DNA of 50,208 bases from Minisyncoccia bacterium. GTDB lineage: Bacteria > Patescibacteriota > Minisyncoccia > Phycocordibacterales > CALRBL01. Each line of letters opens with the position of its first letter. Position 1 is the stretch's first letter. The stretch is from NCBI GenBank assembly GCA_038230075.1, contig JBBRNV010000006.1, positions 1-50,208 on the forward strand, written 5' to 3'. Made by a program: the position numbers and the translations under genes. Below are positions 11,142 through 22,028 of the stretch, piece after piece. A model generated the notes under the pieces. That model saw only the letters and a list, made by a program, of their open reading frames with translations, was not told the DNA's origin and ran no database searches.

Positions 11142-13421
11142 ATGTCAAAGAAAAATAAAAAAGAAGTTGATAAATCAAGTCTTGCTGACGACCAGCAAGA
11201 TAAGAAGTCAAAAAACAAAAAAAGAAGTTTGGGAGAAGAGGCAGTAAACGGCATCATTTCAGTCTGTTTTTTTGTTATTGCCGTCTTCCTCTTTTTATCA
11301 GCCTTTGCAAAGGCAGGGCCAGCTGGTGACTTTTCATACCTTTACCTAACTAAGTTACTAGGTAAAGGCTACTTTCTTCTTCCTCTTATTTTCTGTCTTA
11401 TAGCTGTTGCAAATATCAGTTCTGAGGAAAAGAAAGTGTCCCTTAATCAAATTGTTGGATTATCTCTCTTTTCTATTTCATCACTTGGATTACTCAGTCT
11501 CATACATATTGAATACGGAGGTGTTATCGGAAGACTAATCGACACTCCCCTTGTATCTCTGTTTGATACATACGCAACAATTGTATTACTTCTTGGAGCA
11601 CTCATAGTTTCTCTGTTTATAAATTTTAATACTCGTCTTAAGAAAGAACACCTCGACCAAGTTTCATCATTAATGAAATTTAAAAAGAATGATGGTGAGT
11701 TGAAGATTCAAAATGAAGACTACCAACAAGCAATGGTGGCAACAAATGAACTTCCAGTATCACAAGAAGACACGTCTGGTGATGTCGATGAAAGAAAAAG
11801 TGATGTTCCAAGACCTACTGCAATTCCAAAAATAAAGATAGCAGAACCTGAAGCAGATGAAACGATTCAAAGAGTTGGTTTTCAACCTCTCCTTCACATG
11901 TTAGGAAAGCCTTTTACTCCTCCCCCAATGTCTATTCTAGAAATGGATAGAGGGAAGCCAGGAGTTGGAGACATCAAAGCGAACGCAAACATTATTAAAC
12001 GAACTCTTCAGAACTTCGGAATCAATGTTGAAATGGATGAAATTTCAATTGGTCCTTCAGTTACCCGATATGCACTTAAGCCCGCAGAAGGAGTTAAACT
12101 TTCGCGAATCCTAGGTCTTCAAAATAACCTTGCACTAGCTCTCGCTGCACACCCTATTCGAATCGAGGCTCCAATTCCTGGAAAATCACTCGTGGGTATT
12201 GAGATTCCAAACAGTGTTAAAACAACTGTTGGTCTTGGAAGCCTTCTCTCTGCTACTGAATTTCAACAATCAGACAAACCACTTCTTGTTGCCCTCGGAA
12301 AAGGAATCTCTGGAAAAGCTCATTTTGCCAACATGGCAAAAATGCCTCACTGCTTAATTGCCGGAGCAACGGGTTCTGGAAAATCTGTAACAATTCACGC
12401 TATTATCACTTCCCTTCTCTTTAGAAATTCTCCAGAAAATCTTCGATTCATTATGATTGATCCAAAACGAGTAGAACTCACTCTTTATAATGGAATTCCT
12501 CATCTTCTTACTCCAGTTATCACCGATGCTAAAAAAGCTATTCTTTCACTTAAATGGGCCGCAAAAGAAATGGATAGACGATATGACATTTTAGAGAAAT
12601 CGAAAGTGCGAGATATCGACTCATACCACAAAACAATTTTAGCTCCAGCTCTTAAAAAATTAGAAGAAAAGAAAGCCAAAGGAGAACTGAATGAAGACGA
12701 ATCAAATGAAGTACCAGAAACAATGCCTTATATTGTTGTTGTTATCGACGAATTAGCTGACATCATGCAGACATTCCCTCGAGAACTTGAAGCTGGAATT
12801 GTTCGACTGGCACAAATGAGTCGAGCTGTTGGAATTCATCTCATGCTCTCAACACAACGACCATCGGTTAATGTTATTACCGGTCTCATCAAAGCAAACG
12901 TTCCTGCTCGAATTGCCCTTCAAGTAGCATCTCAGATCGACTCTCGAACAATTCTTGACATGCCAGGAGCTGAAAAACTTCTTGGCGCCGGAGATATGCT
13001 CTACTTATCAGGAGAAATGTCGAATCCTCAGCGATTACAATCCGCTTTCATTACAGAAGTTGAGCTAAAGAAAGTGGTAAAATACTTAATAGATAACTAC
13101 GAACAACTTCCAAGTGAAATTGTTCTGGGTACCAACGGAGCTCCAAAAGATCCTATCTTCAGCTCAGAGATTGAAGGAAATTCAAATATGAGTGATGAAG
13201 CTGACGACGATCTTTACGAAGAAGCACGAGAAATCGTCATGAAGGCTGGAAAAGGTTCAACTTCATACATTCAACGAAAGTTAAGTATTGGGTACGCTCG
13301 TGCAGCACGATTAATGGATATGTTAGAAGATCGAGGAATTATTGGGCCAGCAAATGGTGCAAAACCACGTGAAGTTATTGGTTATGATAGCAACCCAAGC
13401 TCTGACAACCCTCAAGAATAA
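11142..13421 (+). CDS. ftsK: DNA translocase FtsK/SpoIIIE
   Basis: N-terminal TM region; PHCLIAGATGSGKS, IDPKRVEL, IDELAD; C-terminal gamma domain (QRKLSIGYARAARLMD). Confidence 0.97.
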   Translation: MSKKNKKEVDKSSLADDQQDKKSKNKKRSLGEEAVNGIISVCFFVIAVFLFLSAFAKAGPAGDFSYLYLTKLLGKGYFLLPLIFCLIAVANISSEEKKVSLNQIVGLSLFSISSLGLLSLIHIEYGGVIGRLIDTPLVSLFDTYATIVLLLGALIVSLFINFNTRLKKEHLDQVSSLMKFKKNDGELKIQNEDYQQAMVATNELPVSQEDTSGDVDERKSDVPRPTAIPKIKIAEPEADETIQRVGFQPLLHMLGKPFTPPPMSILEMDRGKPGVGDIKANANIIKRTLQNFGINVEMDEISIGPSVTRYALKPAEGVKLSRILGLQNNLALALAAHPIRIEAPIPGKSLVGIEIPNSVKTTVGLGSLLSATEFQQSDKPLLVALGKGISGKAHFANMAKMPHCLIAGATGSGKSVTIHAIITSLLFRNSPENLRFIMIDPKRVELTLYNGIPHLLTPVITDAKKAILSLKWAAKEMDRRYDILEKSKVRDIDSYHKTILAPALKKLEEKKAKGELNEDESNEVPETMPYIVVVIDELADIMQTFPRELEAGIVRLAQMSRAVGIHLMLSTQRPSVNVITGLIKANVPARIALQVASQIDSRTILDMPGAEKLLGAGDMLYLSGEMSNPQRLQSAFITEVELKKVVKYLIDNYEQLPSEIVLGTNGAPKDPIFSSEIEGNSNMSDEADDDLYEEAREIVMKAGKGSTSYIQRKLSIGYARAARLMDMLEDRGIIGPANGAKPREVIGYDSNPSSDNPQE

Positions 13422-13424
13422 GAT

Positions 13425-13796
13425 ATGATGACCAAACAACACAAAACAAAATCAATTCTACGGTGGAGCTCTATTATATTTCTTTGTGTTGCATTTATTG
13501 GTTATGGCATTTTTGAAGCTCGTAAAATCATTCGAGGTCCTCAAATTAACCTGGTATATCCTGAAAACGGCTCAACCATTACCGACAGTCTTGTCACGAT
13601 CTCAGGAACAACTCAAAATATTAAAAGTCTGACCTTAAACGACCATACTATATATATGGATGAAAAAGGTCAGTGGAAAGAAAAATTGATGCTACCTCAA
13701 GGGTATACTATACTAACCCTTGCAGGAACAGATAGATTTGGAAAGACAGTCGAACAACAGGTTCAGTTTATTCATAACTCTGAAACAAAATCTTAA
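13425..13796 (+). CDS. membrane-anchored Ig-like beta-sandwich protein
   Basis: One N-terminal TM, then PENG..VTISG..L.G..LTLAGTDRFG (Ig/glucodextranase-like pattern). Confidence 0.7.
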   Translation: MMTKQHKTKSILRWSSIIFLCVAFIGYGIFEARKIIRGPQINLVYPENGSTITDSLVTISGTTQNIKSLTLNDHTIYMDEKGQWKEKLMLPQGYTILTLAGTDRFGKTVEQQVQFIHNSETKS

Positions 13797-13831
13797 TATA
13801 AAATTTATCTCTTACTACTAAACTTCCATAT

Positions 13832-14926
13832 ATGCTTAAAAAAAATAAGAACAAAGAGAAAGTTGAAAAACCAGACGCTCGAAAACCTCGAGCTAACATT
13901 GAAGACACTCTCAACGAGATTAGAATGAAATTTGGTGACGACGCCATCATGAAGCTTGGTGAAAAACCTCGTGTTGATGTTGATGTTATTCCAACAGGTT
14001 CTATAGGATTAAACGCAGCGCTTGGTGTAGGTGGTCTTCCTCGAGGAAGAATTGTTGAAATTTTTGGACCAGAATCTTCTGGAAAAACTACTCTTTGTCT
14101 ACACATTATTGCTGAGGCCCAAAAGAAAGGTGGTATTTGCGCATTCATTGATGCCGAACATGCAATGGACCCTCAATACTCACAAAGACTTGGTGTAAAC
14201 ATCGATGAACTTCTTATCTCTCAGCCAGACACTGGTGAACAAGCTCTCGAAATTGTAGAAAGTTTAGTTCGATCAGGAAAAATTGATGTTATTGTTATCG
14301 ACTCAGTTGCCGCACTTACTCCAAAAGATGAAATTGAAGGTGATATGGGTGCAACTCATGTTGGTAAACAGGCTCGTCTTATGTCTCAAGCTCTTCGAAA
14401 GTTAACAGCTATTGTTGCTCGAAGTAAAACTATCGTTATTTTCATTAACCAAATTCGAATGCAGATTGGTGTGATGTTTGGTAATCCAGAAACAACCCCA
14501 GGAGGAAAGGCTCTCAAGTTCTACACCTCAGTTCGACTCGACATTCGAAGAATCGCTCAAATCAAAAAAGGTGAAGAAATTGTTGGTGGTCGCCACCGAG
14601 TAAAAGTTGTTAAGAACAAGGTTGCTCCCCCATTCCGACAAACAGAATTCGATCTTATCTATAATGAAGGAATTTCAAAAGAAGGTGAAATTATCGCTCT
14701 TGGAGAAAGCATGAAGTTCCTCACGAAATCAGGCTCATCATATGCCTTTGGCGAAACAAAACTTGGCCGAGGATACGATGCAACACGACAGTTCTTGCGA
14801 GACAACAAAAAGATTGCAGACCAGCTTCTCGTAAAGATTGAAGAGAAGTTGAAAGACGATGCGTTCGCCGCACAAAGTAGACCAGTATCATCAGACGACG
14901 CCGCAGAACCAACTGAAGCCGAATAA
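13832..14926 (+). CDS. recA: recombinase RecA
   Basis: [33 protein letters not shown]. Confidence 0.99.
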   Translation: MLKKNKNKEKVEKPDARKPRANIEDTLNEIRMKFGDDAIMKLGEKPRVDVDVIPTGSIGLNAALGVGGLPRGRIVEIFGPESSGKTTLCLHIIAEAQKKGGICAFIDAEHAMDPQYSQRLGVNIDELLISQPDTGEQALEIVESLVRSGKIDVIVIDSVAALTPKDEIEGDMGATHVGKQARLMSQALRKLTAIVARSKTIVIFINQIRMQIGVMFGNPETTPGGKALKFYTSVRLDIRRIAQIKKGEEIVGGRHRVKVVKNKVAPPFRQTEFDLIYNEGISKEGEIIALGESMKFLTKSGSSYAFGETKLGRGYDATRQFLRDNKKIADQLLVKIEEKLKDDAFAAQSRPVSSDDAAEPTEAE

Positions 14927-14993
14927 AAAGCTTCAATAGGTGCACTTATCCTTTAAAATGGACTTTTATCAATATCTTTTGTAGGATTCTCCC

Positions 14994-15560
14994 ATGCTTG
15001 AATATAACGAAATCACCGTTCGAAAATACATTATTTTCGAAAATGAACCTTACGAAGTACTGACATCTCATGTGTTTCGTAAACAACAAAGAAAGCCTGT
15101 TAATGCGGTGAAGATGAAGAATCTTTTAAGTGGACGAGTAGTTGAACACGCTTTCCACGTACAAGATAAAGTAGAAGAAGCAGAAATCGAATCTAAAAAG
15201 ATTAAGTTTCTCTATGCAAACAAAGGAGAATGGTGGTTCTGTGCTGAAGATGACGCAGCAGACCGATTCAAACTCGATGAAAGTCTCATGGGTCAGAAAT
15301 CAAAGTTTCTTAAACAAAACTCACTAGTAGATGCTCTCGTATTCGATGAGAAAGTATTCGATGTAAAGTTCCCTCCTAAAGTAGAATTAAAAGTAACTGA
15401 AGCTTATGATGCTGTTAAAGGTGACACGAGTGGAGGTGCTCTTAAAGAAGTAACACTTGAAACTGGAGCAACCATTATGGTTCCTATGTTTGTGAAGCAG
15501 AATGATGTCATTCGAATCAACACTGAAACGTTTGAATATGCAGAAAGAGTTAGTAAATAA
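14994..15560 (+). CDS. efp: elongation factor P
   Basis: KGDTSGG..LETGATIMVPMFV..IRINTET.EYAER; divergent tip loop FRKQQRKP. Confidence 0.93.
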   Translation: MLEYNEITVRKYIIFENEPYEVLTSHVFRKQQRKPVNAVKMKNLLSGRVVEHAFHVQDKVEEAEIESKKIKFLYANKGEWWFCAEDDAADRFKLDESLMGQKSKFLKQNSLVDALVFDEKVFDVKFPPKVELKVTEAYDAVKGDTSGGALKEVTLETGATIMVPMFVKQNDVIRINTETFEYAERVSK

Positions 15561-15572
15561 GATACTCAGATA

Positions 15573-15648
15573 ACAAAAAGACTTCCTTCAGCATCCTTGG
15601 CCCATTAATCTAAATAGGGCCTGCGAATGCTTCAGGAAGTCTTTTTGT
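15573..15648. repeat. inverted repeat with conserved core (dispersed element, copy 2); bidirectional terminator between efp and rpsR
   Basis: 15-bp arms ACAAAAAGACTTCCT / AGGAAGTCTTTTTGT; core reverse complement GAAGCATTCGCAGGC..GCCAAGGATGCTGA matches copy 1. Confidence 0.8.
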
Positions 15649-15663
15649 GTTGTTTAGCTAAAC

Positions 15664-15864
15664 CTATCGAGCAACGTACGGAATAAGGGCCATGAATCGA
15701 GCTCGCTTTACTGCATTTGCCAACGCTCGTTGGTGCTTTGCGGTAACACCTGTTCGCTTTCGAGCCATTAATCGCGCATGAGGATTCAAAAACTTCTTAA
15801 GAATTTCAATATCCTTATAGTCGATGTGCTTAATATTGTGCTGTGAGAAAAAGCATTTTTTCAT
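15664..15864 (-). CDS. rpsR: 30S ribosomal protein S18
   Basis: IDYKD..L..F..RKRTG..KHQR.LA.AVKRAR.MALIPY; start moved to MKKC. Confidence 0.96.
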   Translation of the reverse strand: MKKCFFSQHNIKHIDYKDIEILKKFLNPHARLMARKRTGVTAKHQRALANAVKRARFMALIPYVAR

Positions 15865-15932
15865 AATGTGTAGGGAGAGCATACTAAATTAAGGGCTCTA
15901 ATGCAAGTCTTTCAGGAAACTCTTAAAATTGA

Positions 15933-16418
15933 CTAAAAAGGTATATCATCAGGGTTAATTTCTTCTTCTGGGTACTCGATTACATCAAGCTGTTCTGGAG
16001 CTCCTGCTTTGGCCTTTCCAGGGGCAATAGACGCACCTTTTGAAGCCACTGCTGCACCACTTCCACCACTGTATCCACCTTCTGAACCACCACCTCGAGG
16101 ACCAAACTGCACTCGATCAGCAATGATTTCAGTTCGATAGTTCTTCTTTCCATCTGGACCATCCCATGAGCGTGTTTGCATTCGTCCTTCGACAAATACT
16201 CCAGCTCCTTTCTTTAAGTACTGAGCAGCTGTTTCGGCCTGCTTTCCAAAAACCACCACATTGTGGTAATCAGCACTTTCTTGTCGTTGGCCACTTTTAT
16301 CTTTCCACACTCTGTTTGTTGCAACAGAAAATGAAGCAACTTGAATACCTGATGGAAGTGATTTAAGTTCGGGATCTCGAGTTAAATTTCCATACACTAA
16401 AGCTTTGTTTAAATACAT
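15933..16418 (-). CDS. ssb: single-stranded DNA-binding protein
   Basis: GNLTRDPEL..VEGRMQTRSW, C-terminal DDIPF; sits in the rpsF-ssb-rpsR cluster. Confidence 0.98.
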   Translation of the reverse strand: MYLNKALVYGNLTRDPELKSLPSGIQVASFSVATNRVWKDKSGQRQESADYHNVVVFGKQAETAAQYLKKGAGVFVEGRMQTRSWDGPDGKKNYRTEIIADRVQFGPRGGGSEGGYSGGSGAAVASKGASIAPGKAKAGAPEQLDVIEYPEEEINPDDIPF

Positions 16419-16519
16419 ATAGTTGATTATACCCTAAAAAACACGGAATGAAGAGCCCTCTTTCATAAAGCCGAGACAACAAAAAAGGCCTTTGTGTGGG
16501 CCTCGTTTGCTGTTTGTCG

Positions 16520-16954
16520 TTATGAAGTTGCGAGCTCTTCTACCTTAGCTTCTACGTTTTCTTGAGATTTTTCTTCTTCTGCTTTCTTAGCATCACGTTC
16601 CTTCTTTTCAGGATCTCCGTGAAGAGTGTTTTCTTTTACTGTTTTTACGATAACAAATCGAAGTACATCTGATCGAGATTCAATTTGAGTGTGAAGTTCG
16701 TCTGCTTTTGATGCATCGAGTTCAAACTTAACCCATCCGAAAAATGATCGATCGAATGTTCGTTTTACACCTTTCTCTGTTTTAGAAAGTTCGTATGCGA
16801 GTGTAAATGGTTGTGGAAATTGTTCAGAAATAAAAGTTCCGCCCTGAGCTTCAACAAGAGCCTTTATAGCAGCCCAGTCAGTTGAAAGAGCATCGTCGCT
16901 TAGTGTTGGAACGAGGTGAAAACCTAATTCATAGACTTTGTGTGTTTCTTGCAT
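16520..16954 (-). CDS. rpsF: 30S ribosomal protein S6
   Basis: YELGFHLVP..LAYE..VLRFVIVK; synteny with ssb and rpsR. Confidence 0.9.
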   Translation of the reverse strand: MQETHKVYELGFHLVPTLSDDALSTDWAAIKALVEAQGGTFISEQFPQPFTLAYELSKTEKGVKRTFDRSFFGWVKFELDASKADELHTQIESRSDVLRFVIVKTVKENTLHGDPEKKERDAKKAEEEKSQENVEAKVEELATS

Positions 16955-16970
16955 AGGGATCAGATTAGCA

Positions 16971-17786
16971 CTAAAGGTCTAAAGACGCAATACCATAGCG
17001 TTTTAGGGCGTTTTTGACGGTTTGAGCACGTACAAAATCGACTTCTTCACCTCTAATTTCAGCTAGTTTTTTAACAACTTCGACCACATAGGTGGGTTCA
17101 TTTCGACTTCTTCGATATGGAACAGGCGCAACAAAAGGCGCATCGGTCTCGGCCATAATCATGTCGATAGGTGCAAACTTAACAACATCATCATAATCCC
17201 GAGCAAACGTAATAACACCTGTAAAAGACAAACTGAAGTTTAAATCAAGATATCGCTTAGCCTGCTCGACTGTTCCTGTGAAGAAATGAGCATTTCCACG
17301 AAGCACATCTCCGTATTCCCTCTTTTTTGACTCCAGAATATCAAGAATATCGTTGTGTGAATTTCGAGCATGAATCATAATTGATTTATCACACTCAACA
17401 GCAAAAGCGATTTGTGTTTCAAAAACTGAAACTTGCTCAGCTTTTTTTTCAGGAGAAATAACTGATTCTCGTCCGTAATCTAGTCCACATTCTCCAACAG
17501 ATACAACTTTTGGATGTTTCGCAAGAATTTTAAACGCTTCAATGTCGAACATGAGACCATTCGCCAATGTTGCCGCAGAATCATCAACAGGATGAAGTCC
17601 TATAGCCGCATACACATTGTTATGATTACTCGCGAGTTCAACCACCGCACGCGAACTTTCAATATCAGTTCCAATACCAATAGTTCCAATTTCCTGCGCA
17701 TTCATACGAGTAATCACCTCTTCTCGATCTTTATCGTAGTCGGGAAAATTAAGGTGTGAGTGAATATCGAAGTACTGATATTGCAT
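16971..17786 (-). CDS. tatD: TatD-family hydrolase/DNase
   Basis: DIHSHL, GLHP, VGECGLDY, IHAR, ETDAPF. Confidence 0.95.
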   Translation of the reverse strand: MQYQYFDIHSHLNFPDYDKDREEVITRMNAQEIGTIGIGTDIESSRAVVELASNHNNVYAAIGLHPVDDSAATLANGLMFDIEAFKILAKHPKVVSVGECGLDYGRESVISPEKKAEQVSVFETQIAFAVECDKSIMIHARNSHNDILDILESKKREYGDVLRGNAHFFTGTVEQAKRYLDLNFSLSFTGVITFARDYDDVVKFAPIDMIMAETDAPFVAPVPYRRSRNEPTYVVEVVKKLAEIRGEEVDFVRAQTVKNALKRYGIASLDL

Positions 17787-17787
17787 A

Positions 17788-19239
17788 TTACTTTCTTAGG
17801 AATAATGGCTCGGTTGGAGTTTTCTTTTCTTTAATCAGTGCAAGTATGGTTTCGGAAGTCTGAGGAAGAAATGATGCCAACACGAATGCAACTGTTTGTA
17901 ATCGATCAACGAGAGATGCAACAATTTCTTTCGCTTTTATTTCATCAACTTTTACCAACTTAAATGGTTCTGTTTCCTGAATATGTTGATCCATTGCTCC
18001 GATTTCTTTCCAGATAATGTCTGCTGCTTTTCCGATCTCATATGTATCAAGTTCTTTTGCGACTACAGTAAATAATTCCGAAGAAAGAAGTTTCTCATCT
18101 GGAAGAGGGTGTCCCCACGCATCATACGAGACTGCCATTTTAAGAATTCGACTGGCCAGATTTCCGATACCATTTGCCAAGTTGGCGTTATAAGCTTCTT
18201 TAAAACGATCCATGGTCATATCACCGTCTTCAAATGAAGGAATCTCGCGCGCCATATAATATCGAAGAGCGTCGACTCCGTATTCAGCCACCACATCATA
18301 TGGACTAATCACATTTCCAATACTCTTACTCATTTTTTGCCCACCGCTGTTAATGAAACCTCCAACGATGATATGTTTTGAGAGAGGAAGTTTTGCAGAC
18401 ATGAGCATTGATTGCCACATAGCTGACTGCTGTCTTAAATTATCTTTTCCACAATACTGAACCATTCCTCCTGTTTCTTTTCCCCATTGTTCAAACAAAG
18501 ACATATCATGTGGCCACCCAATGGCTGAAATGTAATTAACAAGCGCATCAAACCATACATACATTACCTGCTCATCGTCATTTGGAACTGGAATTCCCCA
18601 TGGCATTTTGTGTTTAAGTCTTGAAATACTAAAATCTTGCAACCCTCGTTCAACGAAACTTTTTATTTCATGAAATCGCGACGAAGGAAGAACAAAATCT
18701 TTTTGTGATCCATAAAGCTCGAGCAGATTCTTTTGATACTTCGAAAACTTAAAGAAATAATTCTCTTCTTCAATAATTTGAATTTCAAGTGTTGGATGAA
18801 TAGAACACTTGCCATCAACCAACTCTGAATCAGTTTTTTCAAGTTCGCACCCGACACAGTATTTAACTTTATAATTCTTTTTATAAATATCGCCCGCTTC
18901 TAAGCAAACATTCCAAAACGCTTGTGCAGATGCGATATGAGACGCATCAGTTGTTCGAATAAAATTAGTAACGCTCAAATTAAGAAGTGGAGCAAGTTCT
19001 CGAAATTTTTCTGCATTTTCATCTACATATGCTTTTACATCAATTCCCTTCTCAGCTGCTTTTTCATAAATTTTTGTTCCATGCTCATCAGTTCCTGTGT
19101 TGAAAAAAACCTCATAACCTTGTTGCCGTTTATATCGAGCAATAATGTCAGCTCGAATAATTTCCATGGCAAATCCAACATGCGGATCAGCATTTACATA
19201 AGGAAGTGTGGTGGTGATATAGAAATGTTTTTTATTCAT
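17788..19239 (-). CDS. metG: methionine--tRNA ligase (short form, no C-terminal dimerisation domain)
   Basis: PHVG (HIGH motif), GTDEHG, YVWFDAL, KMSKS. Confidence 0.96.
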   Translation of the reverse strand: MNKKHFYITTTLPYVNADPHVGFAMEIIRADIIARYKRQQGYEVFFNTGTDEHGTKIYEKAAEKGIDVKAYVDENAEKFRELAPLLNLSVTNFIRTTDASHIASAQAFWNVCLEAGDIYKKNYKVKYCVGCELEKTDSELVDGKCSIHPTLEIQIIEEENYFFKFSKYQKNLLELYGSQKDFVLPSSRFHEIKSFVERGLQDFSISRLKHKMPWGIPVPNDDEQVMYVWFDALVNYISAIGWPHDMSLFEQWGKETGGMVQYCGKDNLRQQSAMWQSMLMSAKLPLSKHIIVGGFINSGGQKMSKSIGNVISPYDVVAEYGVDALRYYMAREIPSFEDGDMTMDRFKEAYNANLANGIGNLASRILKMAVSYDAWGHPLPDEKLLSSELFTVVAKELDTYEIGKAADIIWKEIGAMDQHIQETEPFKLVKVDEIKAKEIVASLVDRLQTVAFVLASFLPQTSETILALIKEKKTPTEPLFLRK

Positions 19240-19270
19240 ATATTTTTGATTTTATAATAGACATGCGCGC

Positions 19271-20365
19271 TTACACCATATTAATGGGCACCTCCTCTAC
19301 CTTTTCCATAGCCATTTTTGCATGATGTAGATCTGAGACATATTCAAGAAGAGCAACGGTTAATGGTACCGAAAGAAGCGCTCCGAGAAACCCCCCAAGC
19401 TTTGCTCCGGCAATGAGGGCAATAATAACAACAATGGGAGATACTCCAACCATTTTATGAACCACAAGTGGATATACCGCATGTGCTTCGAGCTGCTGCA
19501 CAATTAAATAGAGCGCGGCAACAAGTACTGCTTGATAAAGACCACCATCAAGAAAACCAAGAACAACAGCAGGAATACCAGCAAGTGACATTCCAACGAT
19601 GGGAATAAGTTCAAAGACTCCAGCAATTAATGCCAAAATAAGTGGATGCTTAATATTGAGAACAAGGAGTCCAAGATACACAAACACCACCACAATAAGG
19701 CCAAGAATTAACTGTCCTTGCATCCATCGTCCAATTTTTGCTTGAGCACGAAGCCACAAATCTGCGATGTAATGCTTCTGAGAGATTGGTGAGATAACAG
19801 TTAAGAACTCTCCAATACTATTTTCTTTCACTGCAAAATAAAATGAAAGAACAACAATAAGTACAGCACTGAACAAGCCTCCAAATAATTTATTAACGAG
19901 ATCGAAGAAACTTCCTGAAAACCCCGTAACTGAAGACGCTACATTTTGAACGAGATCTGAAACCGAAATAATATTTGGAATATCAGGAAAGAATGATTTG
20001 AATTTGAAAAATGATGTGCTGTGAACATTTTGAATCACATCAACTGTTTTAATATAGTTTGGAACATTATTAACCACCTCTTTAAGATCAGTCAGAAGAA
20101 TAGGAATGAGAAAATAAATAAAAGAAGAGACAGTAATGAGAAGAATAAGATAGATAATAATAACTGAAAGAAGTCTTGGAACCTTATGTCGTGTAAAAAA
20201 TAATGTTGCAGGTTCAATAACTGACGCAATAACTACCGCACTTAATACAACCATCACTAAATCACGAAGATAGTACACCACCACACACAAAATACCCACA
20301 AGTAGAGCCTTAAAAAGGGTGGCTGAACTGATGTTAATGTAGAGGTCTTTTCTCTCGCTTTTCAT
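19271..20365 (-). CDS. AI-2E (PerM/UPF0118) family transporter
   Basis: Multiple TMs; ELIPIVG, QQLE..VYP..VGVSP..GG.LGALLSVP. Confidence 0.9.
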   Translation of the reverse strand: MKSERKDLYINISSATLFKALLVGILCVVVYYLRDLVMVVLSAVVIASVIEPATLFFTRHKVPRLLSVIIIYLILLITVSSFIYFLIPILLTDLKEVVNNVPNYIKTVDVIQNVHSTSFFKFKSFFPDIPNIISVSDLVQNVASSVTGFSGSFFDLVNKLFGGLFSAVLIVVLSFYFAVKENSIGEFLTVISPISQKHYIADLWLRAQAKIGRWMQGQLILGLIVVVFVYLGLLVLNIKHPLILALIAGVFELIPIVGMSLAGIPAVVLGFLDGGLYQAVLVAALYLIVQQLEAHAVYPLVVHKMVGVSPIVVIIALIAGAKLGGFLGALLSVPLTVALLEYVSDLHHAKMAMEKVEEVPINMV

Positions 20366-20384
20366 TCTCTAAGTCTAGCATCAT

Positions 20385-21662
20385 TTAGATGACGAGCAAG
20401 GAAAGCAGTTTTTCTTTATCTTTTTCGAGACTTTCAGGACCAACAAGTGCTAAATTCGATCGAGAACTGTCAAAAATGTCTTGTGCGACCTGATAAATAT
20501 CATCCACACTCACCTCTTCAATTTTCTTCGATTGTTCATCTGGGGTCAAAATTGGCTCATTATAGAGCTCTTGAAAACCATAGTAATCTGCCAAATCGTC
20601 TGAAGACTCGATTCCAAGAAATAGTCTTCCTTGAATGAGATCTTTTACTTTTCTTAGTTCAGTTTCATCAACCTTTTCTGTTTTAATTCGCACAACTTCT
20701 TCGAGAATTCCTTTAATCGCTTCTTCAACACGAGCATTCCCCACTCCGGCTGAAATATGAAAATCTCCCACATCGAGCGAACATGAATTTGAGGCACCAA
20801 TGTAATAACAAATGCCTAACTCCTCTCTCATTTTTTGAAACAATCGCGAGCTCATTCCTTTTCCAAGCAAGGTGGCGAGTACTGCACCTGCGTAATATCG
20901 TTTATCATATCGATCAAAACTTCTAAAGCCTAAAACGAGATGTGTTTGATCGGTTTTCTTTGTAAAGATTTGTATTGCTGATTTTTTCTGTTCAATAATG
21001 GTCTTTTCTTTTGGAACTGACTTCTTATTACTTATATGTGCAAAATCTTTTTCGATAAGTGAAATGATTTCTTTTTCATCGAACTTTCCTGCGACTACGA
21101 CGAGAGTTTTTTCAGCCACATAATGTTTTGCACGATATGCAACAAAGTCATCTTGTTTGAAAGAAGAAATATTTTCTTTGGTTCCGATTGTTGTTCTTCC
21201 TGTCGCCTGATCGCCATATAAAAGCTGACCATAAATATCCCACACTTTTCGTTGTGGCATATCTTCATACATATTTAATTCTTCAATAATCACCCCTCGT
21301 TCTTTTTCAAGTTCTTCCTGAGGAAGTGTTGAGTTCAAATAAATATCTGAAATAACTTCAACAATATGAACAGCGTGTTTTGTGTGAGCCTTTGCATAGT
21401 AGCCAGTATATTCACCTGACGTAAATGCATTTGAAATAGAACCTATAGCATCAAGTTCGTAGTTAATAATTTTAGAAGTGGGTCGCTTTATTGTTCCTTT
21501 AAAACACAAATGTTCAAGAAAATGAGAAATACCGTTCTCAGTTTTTGATTCATAGTCGGAACCTGTAGAAACCAAGACCATTGCTGTTACTGTTTCGTTG
21601 TCATGCATGGGAACTGTCAGAATACGAAGCCCGTTTGAAAGTGTTGTCTTATTAAAATTCAT
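20385..21662 (-). CDS. M16 family zinc peptidase
   Basis: GISHFLEH (HxxEH), NAFT, ERGVIIEE, GMSSRLFQ..RE. Confidence 0.95.
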   Translation of the reverse strand: MNFNKTTLSNGLRILTVPMHDNETVTAMVLVSTGSDYESKTENGISHFLEHLCFKGTIKRPTSKIINYELDAIGSISNAFTSGEYTGYYAKAHTKHAVHIVEVISDIYLNSTLPQEELEKERGVIIEELNMYEDMPQRKVWDIYGQLLYGDQATGRTTIGTKENISSFKQDDFVAYRAKHYVAEKTLVVVAGKFDEKEIISLIEKDFAHISNKKSVPKEKTIIEQKKSAIQIFTKKTDQTHLVLGFRSFDRYDKRYYAGAVLATLLGKGMSSRLFQKMREELGICYYIGASNSCSLDVGDFHISAGVGNARVEEAIKGILEEVVRIKTEKVDETELRKVKDLIQGRLFLGIESSDDLADYYGFQELYNEPILTPDEQSKKIEEVSVDDIYQVAQDIFDSSRSNLALVGPESLEKDKEKLLSLLVI

Positions 21663-21692
21663 AGAGTGAGTGTATCAGATTATGATAAAACC

Positions 21693-21735
21693 TCACCCCG
21701 GAGCGTCATATAGATACATGACAAACCGGGGTGGT
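21693..21735 (-). terminator. terminator after the small GC-rich ORF
   Basis: CACCCCGG...CCGGGGTG hairpin followed by TTTT on the minus strand. Confidence 0.6.
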
Positions 21736-21748
21736 GGTGTGTTAAGCC

Positions 21749-21970
21749 TTATGGCTTGAACGGATGAACCGACGAGCCGAACAGAGGTTCGCCTCGTTCA
21801 GGAATCTTGAAAACAGAGAGCGATCTTTCGTCAAATTGTCGGTCGTCATTTTCAGTCGACTCGGTGTGAGGTCGACGACAACGACGACAAGGGTCGCCTC
21901 CTTCGGCGATACATCCTTCGACAAAGGCGGCGGAGTTGATAGAGGGTTCAGAAGGTTCAGGATGAGGCAT
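21749..21970 (-). CDS. small GC-rich orphan protein (73 aa) with C-x7-CxxC-x3-H cluster
   Basis: ORF lies between glyQS and the M16 peptidase, has its own terminator and shares a leader motif with the 29838-30335 gene. Confidence 0.45.
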   Translation of the reverse strand: MPHPEPSEPSINSAAFVEGCIAEGGDPCRRCRRPHTESTENDDRQFDERSLSVFKIPERGEPLFGSSVHPFKP

Positions 21971-22028
21971 AAAAAATAACAAGGTGAATTCCGAGGGTGA
22001 TGGTGAGACTGAGACTTACCTTATTAAA

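Noticed and set aside
16971-17786. tatD as part of the Tat export system
   Set aside because: TatD is a cytoplasmic nuclease unrelated to translocation; here it is in its usual position beside metG.
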